This document shows positions 24,994 to 33,843 of a stretch of DNA of 47,806 nt, one piece after another; position 1 is the stretch's first letter; the number at the start of each line of letters is the position of its first letter. The notes below the pieces were generated by a model. The model was not told the origin of the DNA, did not search any database, and worked only from the letters and a program-made list of their open reading frames with translations. The stretch covers positions 1 through 47,806 of the forward strand of contig JBKKAU010000178.1 in NCBI GenBank assembly GCA_046714475.1. The letters run 5' to 3'. The position numbers and the translations under genes are program-made. This DNA comes from Thermoanaerobaculia bacterium. Its GTDB lineage: Bacteria; Acidobacteriota; Thermoanaerobaculia; Multivoradales; UBA5704.

Positions 24994-26693
24994 GCGGCAC
25001 CTCCGCTCAGGTAGAAGTCCAGACGGACCGGCGGGGTGAGTCCCGGCTCGACGGCCTTGGCCGGTTGGATCACCAGCAGGTCGGAGAGGCTGTCGCCGTC
25101 GAAGTCGCGCACTTGGACGAGCCCGAGGTCGCGCGGCGGCTCCTGGAGCTGGATCGCGAGGTCGGGCCGCGCGGGGTAGGAGCAATCGGCACGTCCCCGG
25201 TGGATCGTCACCGCCTTGCCGCGCCCCATCTGGAGGAAGTCGACGCGGCCGTCGCCGTCGAAGTCGCCGGCGAACTGCGACAGGTGGCCGAGCCTCAGGT
25301 TGTCGAGGTCGAGGTTGAACTTGCCCGAGAGGTCGAGCCCTTTCACTTCACGGAAGAGGCCTTCCGGGTCCTGACACCAGACATGGAAGTCGAGCCCGAT
25401 GCCGATGCGCCGCACGGCCATGATCTTGACCGCCTGGAAGACCGAGAAGTCGAGCGTCAGGGTGACCAGGTCCTGCCGGCCGTCGCCGTTCAGGTCCTGG
25501 AAACCTCCCGGCAGACGGATGTCGGACTCGCCGCCACCGAACGCATAGCCCGAGACCTTGAGCTCCTGATAGGGCTTCGGCTCCATGGAGAGGTCCGGCC
25601 GCATGCGGTGGAAGCCGTAGACGTGGGGCGGCCGGCGGGCATGAGCGAGCTCCTGGCGCATGGAGGCGTTGTCGCCGACCGGGACCTCGCGCGCGGTGAC
25701 GTACTCCGCGGTACCCATGCCCCCGGCATCGCCCAGGTTGCCGACATGGACGACGCGGGCGGTATCCCGGGGCCGTCTCGGGTCGACGTCCGGATCTTTC
25801 CGCGGCTCGCCGAGCGGGGCGGTGGGACCGGAGAAGCGGCCTCCCCCCAGGTTGCGGAAGATCCGGAAGCCCTCCCACTCCCGACCCGGACGGGCGAGGA
25901 GCAGCTCCGGCAGGCGGTCGCCGTTGACGTCGCGGACCTCGGGCAACGGGTAGTGGCCGACCAGCGAGCCGCCGGAGCGCCGCGGCGGATCGACGGGAAA
26001 GCGCAGCCGCGCGGCCGGCTCGGTCCGCAGCCCTTCGGGGCCGCTCAGGTAGACGGCGGCGCCGTCGGCGGCGGGGAAGAGCAGGTCCGGCGTACGGTCG
26101 CCGTCCAGGTCGCGCGTCATGCCGAGGTTGGGGACGAAGGTACCGGCGCCCGCGAGCACCGGCCGGTCCTCCAGGACCGGTTCCAGGGCCAGAGCGCCGT
26201 CGCGGAGCCGGAGGGCCGAGAGGCCGCTGTCGGTGAGCGCCACGATGGGCAGCCCGGGAGGGCCGGCTTCGAGCGAGAGGACGGAGGTCTCGAGAGGGAG
26301 GACCGGCCCCTCGGGCGCGAACGTGCCGTCGGGCCGGCCAGGGAAGACCCGCACCTCGCGGCGGTCCATCAACGCGGGGATGACGGTGAGGACCTCGACC
26401 AGGCCCTCGACGCTGTCGAGGCCGGCCTCCGCCGCGCCCGGCACCTCGCGCATCTCGACCGTCTCCTCGATGCCGATCCGGTCCCAGCCGGACCAGGCCA
26501 CGACCACGACGAGGTCGCGCAGACCGTCGCCGTCGACGTCGGCCGGCACGACCACCGACGGGGCGCCGGGGAGGTCGAGGGCCGCGTACCGGAGCGCCAG
26601 CTCGCCGCGGCGCGCGGCGGCCGACGGAGCGGCGAGAGTGAGCAGGAGGGGCAGGCCGAGGACGGTGTACCGCGAGGCTGAAGCGAAGCTCAT
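24990..26693 (-). CDS. FG-GAP/VCBS repeat protein, secreted
   Basis: GGGAGGA RBS. Signal peptide. Repeats DVDGDGLRDLVVV, DLDGDRTPDLLF, DVNGDRLPELLL, DLNGDGRQDLVT, DFDGDGRVDFLQ, DFDGDSLSDLLV. Confidence 0.85.
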   Translation of the reverse strand: MSFASASRYTVLGLPLLLTLAAPSAAARRGELALRYAALDLPGAPSVVVPADVDGDGLRDLVVVVAWSGWDRIGIEETVEMREVPGAAEAGLDSVEGLVEVLTVIPALMDRREVRVFPGRPDGTFAPEGPVLPLETSVLSLEAGPPGLPIVALTDSGLSALRLRDGALALEPVLEDRPVLAGAGTFVPNLGMTRDLDGDRTPDLLFPAADGAAVYLSGPEGLRTEPAARLRFPVDPPRRSGGSLVGHYPLPEVRDVNGDRLPELLLARPGREWEGFRIFRNLGGGRFSGPTAPLGEPRKDPDVDPRRPRDTARVVHVGNLGDAGGMGTAEYVTAREVPVGDNASMRQELAHARRPPHVYGFHRMRPDLSMEPKPYQELKVSGYAFGGGESDIRLPGGFQDLNGDGRQDLVTLTLDFSVFQAVKIMAVRRIGIGLDFHVWCQDPEGLFREVKGLDLSGKFNLDLDNLRLGHLSQFAGDFDGDGRVDFLQMGRGKAVTIHRGRADCSYPARPDLAIQLQEPPRDLGLVQVRDFDGDSLSDLLVIQPAKAVEPGLTPPVRLDFYLSGGAA

Positions 26694-26752
26694 GATCCTC
26701 CCTGGAGCGGATGAGTCCGCCCCAGGAAGGATACGTCGCGACGATCCGGATG

Positions 26753-29700
26753 TTACGGCTGCCGCGCCTGGCGCTCCGCGGCGAGCGCCTCCTTGAGGAT
26801 GAAGTCGGGGTTGCCGTAGAAGACGTAGTCGGCCCAGTCTTTGGAGCTGGTGACCTTGCGGACCTCCTCGCGGCCGGTCTGGAGCGCGTCGCCGAGCGTC
26901 TGGCCGTGGAGTATCTCCTGGTAGAACTTGCCGGCGAAGGTCTCGGCCGCGTCGTCGCGTACCGGCCAGTAGGTGCCCAGAAAATTGGCGATGCCGCCGC
27001 GCAGGAACGCCTCGGCGAAACCGGTGGTGTCTCGAAGGGTCTGCCGCTGCTCCTTGGCCGGAGCTGTACTCCCCTCGGCAACGGCCTCGCCGCGTACCCG
27101 CGCCGACTCACAGGCGTTGAAGAAGACCAGCGTCGGCAGGTTGGCGAGCCCCGCCAGGTCGGCGCCGGTCAACCGCGTCTTGCCATGGCAGAGAAGGCCG
27201 CTCCGTTCGGGGTTGACCGCATCGAAGAAGGCGTGACCGGCGTAATGGATGACGTCGTATCGTCCCGAGCTGAAGGCCGAGAGGAGGGCCGGGCGCGTCG
27301 CCTGTTCCTTCCGGAGCTCTTCGAGACGGACTCCCGAGAGCTGGGAGAGCAGGGCTTTGAGGAGCTTGCCCTCTTTGTCGGCGCCCGGCAGGTCGTCGGT
27401 GGGGTCGACGACCAGGAGGATCCGCAGCACCTCGTCCTGGAGCCGCTCCTGGAGCCACTTGGCGACTGACAGGTTGTCGGCCGCGTAGCGCCGGCTGATC
27501 CCCTTTTCGGCGGCGGGGAACCAGACCTCGGGAGCCGCCGGAAAGGTGATCGTCTTGCCGGCGGGCGGCAGGGCCCCCTGGCCGTCCTCCCGGAGGGCGA
27601 GGGTCTCCCACGGCACGCGGGACAGGAGCCCATCGTGGACCACGACGAGGTGCCGGTCGCGCTGCCGCGAGAGGACCGTACGGACCTCCGGGGCGAGCAG
27701 CTCGGCGAACTTGACGCCCACGTCCGAGAGGTTCATGTCGCTCAGCCCAGCCAGCTCGTCGATCCCCGCGTCGATCCGCTGCAGCGTGACCTCCTGAACC
27801 AGGCCGGTCACCACCGTCGCCTTGCCGCCGGCGGTCAGCACCGCCGAGCGGACGTCGAAGGGTTTTTGCGCGCCACCCTCGTCACCGGTCTCCCCCTGTT
27901 GCTCGGCGCGGACGATCAGGTAGGTGGGGTCCCGGCGCTGCACCAGGCTGCCGCCTCTGGTGGGCTCCATGACCGGAGGCTGCCGCAGCACCTCCTCGTC
28001 GAAGGTGATCTCGACGTCCTGGCAGAGCGACGTGCTCGACAGGCGATAGAGCTCCTCCTTGAGGGCGACGTAGCGCTCTGGGTTGTTCTCGCAGACGACG
28101 ATCCGCCGGAACTGATGGTCGCGGTCGGCGTCGCAGAGCCCGCGGAAGAAGCCAATCAGGAGGTTGCGCAGGGCGCTGGCCGGGGATTCGCCGGAGCTGC
28201 CGCCGAAGAGCACGGTCGAGAATTCCTCGACCCGGGTCCTCACGAAGGTGCGGATCACGTTCTCGGCCGCGGTCTGGAGCACCTCGTCGTTGAAGCGGTC
28301 GAACGGGCCGAGGCCGACGAAGGTGATCAGGTCGGCCGTCAGGGCATAGCGGCCGGTGGGCAGGATGAAGATCTCGCCGATTTCGCCCGAGAACATGCGC
28401 CGGTGCGACATCTCGGTGATGGCGCCTTCGAGCCGTTCGTCGATCGCCGCCGCGGCGCCGCTCGGCTTCACGTCGCGGAAGATGCCGAGCACGATCGCCC
28501 GGGTGTCGGCCTCGGTGATGCTCCCCAGCGCGAAGCGGAGGTCGATCCGGTGCTGGCGCCGGCGTCCGACGACGACCCGCTCGAAACGGTGCTGATAGCC
28601 GGCCTCCACCGACAGGTTGCCGGGTACCGCGACGATCGGCCGGCCCGTCGCCGTGGCGGGAAGCAGGTCCTCGCGGGCGCTCGGCGAGGCGACCTCGTCG
28701 AGCACATGGCGCAGCTCCCGCTGGCTCAGGGTGCCGTCGCGACGGGTGCCGTAGGGCAGGACCCGCAGGGCGTCCTCGGGGACGAGGCGCGTGGCGCGCA
28801 CCGGCGCCGGCGCGGTGTCCGGCAGGCTGGTGGTGGCCCCGCGGCCCAGGATGTCGATGACCGCCTTGGCCACCCGCTTGTTGTTCGGCAGGCTGCCGTG
28901 GCTCTCCTCGATGTAATAGGTCTTGGCCCCGGAGATCCGGGCGAATTCGAGCGGCACCGTGCCGTCGCCGGCTTTGGAGAATTCATAGTCGAACTGCCCG
29001 TCCTCCTTGCGTTGCACCCCGACCACGGTGTCCTGGTTGACGCCGGCGATCAGGAAGAAACGGTCGTCCGCCGCCGCGAGCCCCTTCTGGACCTCTTTGA
29101 CCTTGGCGAGGATCTCCTTGCGGGGGCGGAGCTTGTCGGCACCCGGAGGCCACATCGCGAGGTCGTAGAGGTCGACCTTGGAGAAGCGCTCGGGCGACGG
29201 CAGCATCTGGGTGAGGCCGGGAAAAGTGGTGAAGATGTCGCCGGCGAGTTGCTTGGCATCGTGATCGCGGTCGAGCTCGGCGATCTTGAGTACGACCGGG
29301 TAGGTGCCCCGGAAGGCCATGAACGGAGCGAACGAGCCGTAGTTGGGCGTGCCCAGCATCACCAGCCGGCGGCATTTCGCGCCCTTGGCGATCGCGGCGC
29401 GGGCGACCAGCCCGCCCATGCTGTGGGCGACCAGGCTGACATCGCTCCCTTCCTTCAGCATCCGCGCGGCGAGCTCCTTGCCCAGCTCGGGAAGGCTCAA
29501 ACGCCAGTCGAAGGGGTGGAATTTGGCCTCGTAACCCGCGATCTGGAGCTGCAGCTTGAGCTTCAGATACGCCAGGAGGATGACGCCGACGGCCTCGAAC
29601 TTCTTCGACGACGGGAGCGCCAGTTGCGACAGCCGCCCCATGGCGACGTCGACCGGGTCGAACCAGTACACGTCGTCGAAGGGGGGCAGCACGCGCCGGG

Positions 29701-30001
29701 TGCCGATCTTGGAGCCCATGATCCCGGGCAGGATCAGCACCACCGGTCCACCGCGGACGCTGCGGCTCTCCGCCTCTCGCTTGAGCTGGCACAGCTCCGC
29801 GTAGTTTTCGGCGCCGAAGTAGTCTTCGAGCAGACCGGAGTGCTCGCCGGTCTGGAGCGCCCTCTCGACCGACGGGTCGTCCAGCTCGAACTCGCGATGC
29901 GCGGCGACCGCTGTCGGCGCGGCGGCCTTCGGGGTCGCCGTCCGCTTCACCGGCCGCACCGGTTTCCGGGTCGTGGAGTCTTTTTTCTTGCCGTCCGCCA
30001 T
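26753..30001 (-). CDS. Multidomain cytoplasmic protein: LCAT/PGAP1-like alpha/beta-hydrolase (lipase) - linker - LAP-N (Peptidase_M17_N)/macro-like domain - CHAT caspase-like protease
   Basis: GGAGG RBS. Lipase part: VVLILPGIMGS, FHPFDWR, LVAHSMGGLVAR (GxSxG), MLGTPNYGS. Middle part: ADTRAIVLGIFRD...FSGEIGEIFILP...ITFVGLGP. CHAT part: LVVVHDGLLSRVPWETL, YDVIHYAGHAFF (His), LVFFNACESA (Cys). No signal peptide. Confidence 0.85.
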   Translation of the reverse strand: MADGKKKDSTTRKPVRPVKRTATPKAAAPTAVAAHREFELDDPSVERALQTGEHSGLLEDYFGAENYAELCQLKREAESRSVRGGPVVLILPGIMGSKIGTRRVLPPFDDVYWFDPVDVAMGRLSQLALPSSKKFEAVGVILLAYLKLKLQLQIAGYEAKFHPFDWRLSLPELGKELAARMLKEGSDVSLVAHSMGGLVARAAIAKGAKCRRLVMLGTPNYGSFAPFMAFRGTYPVVLKIAELDRDHDAKQLAGDIFTTFPGLTQMLPSPERFSKVDLYDLAMWPPGADKLRPRKEILAKVKEVQKGLAAADDRFFLIAGVNQDTVVGVQRKEDGQFDYEFSKAGDGTVPLEFARISGAKTYYIEESHGSLPNNKRVAKAVIDILGRGATTSLPDTAPAPVRATRLVPEDALRVLPYGTRRDGTLSQRELRHVLDEVASPSAREDLLPATATGRPIVAVPGNLSVEAGYQHRFERVVVGRRRQHRIDLRFALGSITEADTRAIVLGIFRDVKPSGAAAAIDERLEGAITEMSHRRMFSGEIGEIFILPTGRYALTADLITFVGLGPFDRFNDEVLQTAAENVIRTFVRTRVEEFSTVLFGGSSGESPASALRNLLIGFFRGLCDADRDHQFRRIVVCENNPERYVALKEELYRLSSTSLCQDVEITFDEEVLRQPPVMEPTRGGSLVQRRDPTYLIVRAEQQGETGDEGGAQKPFDVRSAVLTAGGKATVVTGLVQEVTLQRIDAGIDELAGLSDMNLSDVGVKFAELLAPEVRTVLSRQRDRHLVVVHDGLLSRVPWETLALREDGQGALPPAGKTITFPAAPEVWFPAAEKGISRRYAADNLSVAKWLQERLQDEVLRILLVVDPTDDLPGADKEGKLLKALLSQLSGVRLEELRKEQATRPALLSAFSSGRYDVIHYAGHAFFDAVNPERSGLLCHGKTRLTGADLAGLANLPTLVFFNACESARVRGEAVAEGSTAPAKEQRQTLRDTTGFAEAFLRGGIANFLGTYWPVRDDAAETFAGKFYQEILHGQTLGDALQTGREEVRKVTSSKDWADYVFYGNPDFILKEALAAERQARQP

Positions 30002-30103
30002 GATTTGCCTCCGGGGAGCGGTGGAGCCCGATCCGAGACAGACTCCGCCCCAGGGATCGGACGACCGTACTTTGTGTTTTCTCGATTGTAGCCGCAGCGG
30101 ACA

Positions 30104-30146
30104 GGAGAAAAAGCAAAAAGGCCGTGGAGATCATCCACGGCCTTTT
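30104..30146 (-). terminator. Strong rho-independent terminator ending the peptidase operon (bidirectional shape)
   Basis: GGCCGTGGA...TCCACGGCC stem. On the minus strand it is followed by TTTTTGCTTTTTCTCC. A TTTT tract lies on the plus side. Confidence 0.65.
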
Positions 30147-30168
30147 GGAAATCGGGAGTTGCCGATCG

Positions 30169-32313
30169 CTAGCTCGCCGGCTTCTTGAAGAGGGCTTCGT
30201 CGACGGCGGCGTTGACCTGGACCTCGCTCAGCTTGAGCTCGACCATCGGCGTGCCGTTCTGGAGGGCGGTCACCGTGTGGGCCACCTGCACGCCCGCGAC
30301 CGGCCGGTAGTCGGCGTAGACCGTCTCGGACGCACCGCCGGGCGTGTCGTAGGCCGTCTTCACCACTCGGTGGCTCTCGGGATCGATGGAGAAGCGGGTG
30401 GTATGGCCCTGGGCATCCGAGACCGAAACCACCTGGACCTTCTTGCCGTTGACCTCGGCGTCGGCCAGCGGACGGGCTTCGTATCCGGCCTGGTCGAACT
30501 TGCGCAGCATGTTCAGGCCGTAGTACTGGCCCTCGCTCATCTGCTGCGTCTGCTCCTGGACCTGGCCCATCATGCTCACCCAGCCGACCTGGCCGTCGAA
30601 GACCTGGATCATCTGCCCCATGGGCAGGCCGAGCTCGGTGCGGGTCTTGGCAGGGAACACCTCGTAGACGACCACCGACTGGATCGGCAGCGGCTGCGGC
30701 ATGCCGGGCGGGGAGAGCGTCCCCGTGCCCTTGGAGACCTGCGAGCGTTGCTCGACGAACGCCTTGCCGCCCATCGCCTCCCGGGCACGGCCGAGGATCT
30801 CCCGGGCGCGGCTGCGGTCGGCGTCGGAGACCGGCGCCGAGGCGGTCTGGTCCTTGGGCCGGCGCAGGTCGGCCTGCAGGAGGTCGAGCTCGGCGGCGGG
30901 GATCGTCTCGAACTTGCCATACTTCCGGCCGAGCTCCTCGGCGAAGTCCGAAGCCTTCCCCACCAGGACGATCGTCGAGGCCCTGGGATCGAACCGCCGC
31001 GCGAAGGCCTGTACGTCCGTGGCGTTCACCGCCTGGATGCGGTCGCGGTAGCTCTCGAGGAAGTCGCGGCCGAGTCCGTAGAACATCGCTTCCAGCACCT
31101 CGCCGGCGATCCCTTCCGGAGTCTCGATCAGGAGCGGGAAGGCGCCGGTGATATAGGTCTTGCGCGCCGCCAGCTCTTCCGCCGGGACCGTCGTCTGCTC
31201 CAGGGCGCCCATCACCCCGAGCACCTGCTCCAGGGCCTCCACGGTCGACTCGGTCTTGGTCGAGGTCACGGCCACGAACGATCCCGCCATGCGCCGCGGG
31301 GCGAAGTCGCTGTACGCGCCGTAGGAGAGGCCGCGCTTGCGGCGGATTTCCTCATAGAGCCGCGAGTTGGAGCCGCCGCCCGCGACCGAGTCGTAGACCT
31401 CGGCGGCGAAGAGGGACGGATCCTTGAACGGGATCGTCAGATACCCGACCCGGATCTGCGTCTGGACCGCGTCCGGCTTGTCGACGACGACGATCTTGCG
31501 TCCCCCGGCTCCAGCCGTCACGGCCGGCGCCTTGGGCTCCTCTCCCTTCTTCCAGGCGCCGAAGGCGCGCTCCGCCCTGGCGAAGGCATCGGCCGGCCGG
31601 ATGTCGCCGACGATGGCGAGGATGGCGCCGTTGGGCACGTACTGCCGCTGGTGGAAGGCCGTCAGGTCGTCCCGCGTCAGGCCGCGGACCGACTCCGGCG
31701 TGCCGGTGGAGGGCTGGCCGTAGGGGTGTGCCCCGAAAAGGACGCGCTGGAACGCGGCGTCGGCCAGGTAGCCAGGATCGTTCTGCTGGATCTGGAGGCC
31801 GTTCAGCGTCTGGCTGCGCCAGCGCTCGATCTCTTCCTGCGGGAAGCTGGGGCGCAGGACCACGTCGGCGAGCAGCTCGAGCCCGAGGTCGAGCTGATCC
31901 GACGTCACCCGCACCGCGGCGACCCCCGCGTCCGAGGAGGCGCTGGCCGAGAGGTTGCCGCCCACCGAGTCGATGGCGCCGGCGATGTCCTGCGCCGACC
32001 GGCTCTGGGTCCCCTGGGTGAGCAGCTCGGCGGTCGCGGACGCCAGCCCGGCCTTGGCGGCGGGCTCATAGGCCTTGCCGGCGGACAGGATGAGCTGCGC
32101 GCTCACCGCCGGCGTTTCGTGGTGCCCGATGGCGACGACCCGCAAACCGTTGGCCAGGGTCTTCTCCTCGAAGGCGGGGAAGCGGATCTGCTTCTCCGCC
32201 TGCGGCGGCGGCGGCGTGGCCTTGCGGGCCTGCTGCTGGGGCGCCGCGGCCGCCGCCGTGCCGGCGAGCAGGGCCAGGGCGGCGAGAAGGGTGCTCGAAA
32301 GATTCATCCTCAT
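30169..32313 (-). CDS. M16 peptidase family, non-catalytic-type subunit with about 250-aa C-terminal extra domain
   Basis: ATG 32313 overlaps the upstream stop (ATGA). Signal MRMNLSSTLLAALALLAGTAAAAA. M16 fold pattern without HxxEH. The C-terminal extension resembles a LolA-like/lipoprotein-sorting fold (inference). Confidence 0.85.
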   Translation of the reverse strand: MRMNLSSTLLAALALLAGTAAAAAPQQQARKATPPPPQAEKQIRFPAFEEKTLANGLRVVAIGHHETPAVSAQLILSAGKAYEPAAKAGLASATAELLTQGTQSRSAQDIAGAIDSVGGNLSASASSDAGVAAVRVTSDQLDLGLELLADVVLRPSFPQEEIERWRSQTLNGLQIQQNDPGYLADAAFQRVLFGAHPYGQPSTGTPESVRGLTRDDLTAFHQRQYVPNGAILAIVGDIRPADAFARAERAFGAWKKGEEPKAPAVTAGAGGRKIVVVDKPDAVQTQIRVGYLTIPFKDPSLFAAEVYDSVAGGGSNSRLYEEIRRKRGLSYGAYSDFAPRRMAGSFVAVTSTKTESTVEALEQVLGVMGALEQTTVPAEELAARKTYITGAFPLLIETPEGIAGEVLEAMFYGLGRDFLESYRDRIQAVNATDVQAFARRFDPRASTIVLVGKASDFAEELGRKYGKFETIPAAELDLLQADLRRPKDQTASAPVSDADRSRAREILGRAREAMGGKAFVEQRSQVSKGTGTLSPPGMPQPLPIQSVVVYEVFPAKTRTELGLPMGQMIQVFDGQVGWVSMMGQVQEQTQQMSEGQYYGLNMLRKFDQAGYEARPLADAEVNGKKVQVVSVSDAQGHTTRFSIDPESHRVVKTAYDTPGGASETVYADYRPVAGVQVAHTVTALQNGTPMVELKLSEVQVNAAVDEALFKKPAS

Positions 32314-33725
32314 GGCTTCACCTCGCCCGTCTGGGGCTTCTCCGTCTGGGGCTTTGGGGCGTCCCCCTGCTGGCCCGGGCGCATCGCCTCCGGCAGCATG
32401 TAGACCACGGTGCGGTTTTCCGGTTTGAAGTAGGTCCGCGCCACCCGCTGGATGTCCCCGGCGGTCACCTTCTGATAGAGGGGGAGCTGCCGGTTGACCA
32501 GGGAGACGTCGTCCAGGATCGTGGCCGCGTAGCCGATGGCGTTGGCCTTGTCCTGGACCGTCTGGCGGCCGAACACGAGGCCGGAGACCACTTGGTTCTT
32601 GGCCTTGTCCAGTTCCTCGGCGCTGACCGGCTGGGTCTGGAGCTTCTCGACCGCGGCGAGCAGCGCCTTCTCGCCCTCCTCGGCGGTATGGCCCCCCTGC
32701 ATGAAGGCGAAAAAGAAGAACACGCCCGGGTCTTCCAGGACGATCGCCTGGCCGCCGGCGGCCAGCGCGATCTGCTTGTCGTAGACCAGCTCGCGGTAGA
32801 GCCGCGAGCTCTGGCCGGCGGAGAGGATCTCGCTCGCCACCTCCAGCGCGTAGAGGTCGGGATGCCCGGCCTCCGGCACGTGATAGGTCAGCAGCGCCGC
32901 CGGCAGGGGAACGTTGGGGTCGTAGGAGATCGCCCGGCGCTCGGCCGTCTGGGCCGGCTCCTTGGGAATGTTGCGCGGGATCTCCCCGCCCTTGGGGATC
33001 GAGCCGAAGTGCTTCTCGATCCATTGGATCGCCTGGTTGCTGTCGAAGTCGCCGGCGATCACCACCGTGGCGTTGTTGGGGACGTAGAACGTCCGGTGGA
33101 ACTCGCGCACGTCTTCCAGGGTCGCGGCCTCGAGGTCCTCGACCTTGCCGATGGGCAGCACCCGGTAGGGATGGGTGGTGAAGGTCTTGTCGAGCACCGT
33201 TTGCAGGAGACGGCCGAAGGGGGGCGAGTCGATCCGGGTCTGCCGCTCCTCCTTGACCACGTCGCGCTCCGAGGCGAAGTTCTCCTGCGAGACGTTGAGC
33301 GACCGCATGCGGTCGGCTTCCAGCCAGAGGAACCGTTCGAGGTAGTTGCTGGGGATGGTCTGGAAGTAGGTGGTCCGGTCGAAGTCGGTGCCGGCGTTGT
33401 AGCGGCCGCCGACCGACTCGACGAAGACCTTGTGCTCTTCGGACCCGACGTTCTCGGAGCCCTTGAACATGATGTGCTCGAACAGGTGGGCGAAGCCGTG
33501 CCGTCCGGGGCGCTCGTTCTTGGCGCCGACGTGGTAGATCACCTGCAGCTCGACGGCCGGTACGGAGTGGTCCTCGTGCAGCAGGATGCGCAGGCCGTTG
33601 CCGAGCCGGTGCTCGCGGACCTGCAACTGCGGCGGCTCGACCTTGAGGGCCGCCACGGCGGGCCTCAGGCCCGCGACGGCGAGGAGCGCCAGTACGGCGG
33701 GGAAAAGACTGTTTCGTAGACGCAT
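32310..33725 (-). CDS. M16 (pitrilysin-family) zinc peptidase, catalytic subunit
   Basis: GAGGAG RBS. Signal peptide. HxxEH motif present (GFAHLFEHIMFKGS). Confidence 0.9.
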   Translation of the reverse strand: MRLRNSLFPAVLALLAVAGLRPAVAALKVEPPQLQVREHRLGNGLRILLHEDHSVPAVELQVIYHVGAKNERPGRHGFAHLFEHIMFKGSENVGSEEHKVFVESVGGRYNAGTDFDRTTYFQTIPSNYLERFLWLEADRMRSLNVSQENFASERDVVKEERQTRIDSPPFGRLLQTVLDKTFTTHPYRVLPIGKVEDLEAATLEDVREFHRTFYVPNNATVVIAGDFDSNQAIQWIEKHFGSIPKGGEIPRNIPKEPAQTAERRAISYDPNVPLPAALLTYHVPEAGHPDLYALEVASEILSAGQSSRLYRELVYDKQIALAAGGQAIVLEDPGVFFFFAFMQGGHTAEEGEKALLAAVEKLQTQPVSAEELDKAKNQVVSGLVFGRQTVQDKANAIGYAATILDDVSLVNRQLPLYQKVTAGDIQRVARTYFKPENRTVVYMLPEAMRPGQQGDAPKPQTEKPQTGEVKP

Positions 33726-33843
33726 TCGTTCTCCTCTGGATGCGTGGCTAGGAACCGCCCCGGGAGAGAAGAGATTCCCTGAAAGGGGCACGGCGCCCCT
33801 GTATACGATCAGCTTACAGGGAAGTTGCGAAACTTCACCCCTT

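Noticed and set aside
33784-33800. Hairpin AGGGGC-acg-GCGCCCCT after the M28 gene, and a similar hairpin at 46887-46908 after the ferredoxin gene
   Set aside because: The stems are present but the downstream T-tracts are weak (TTT / CTTCC). They are plausible terminators but not well enough supported to list.
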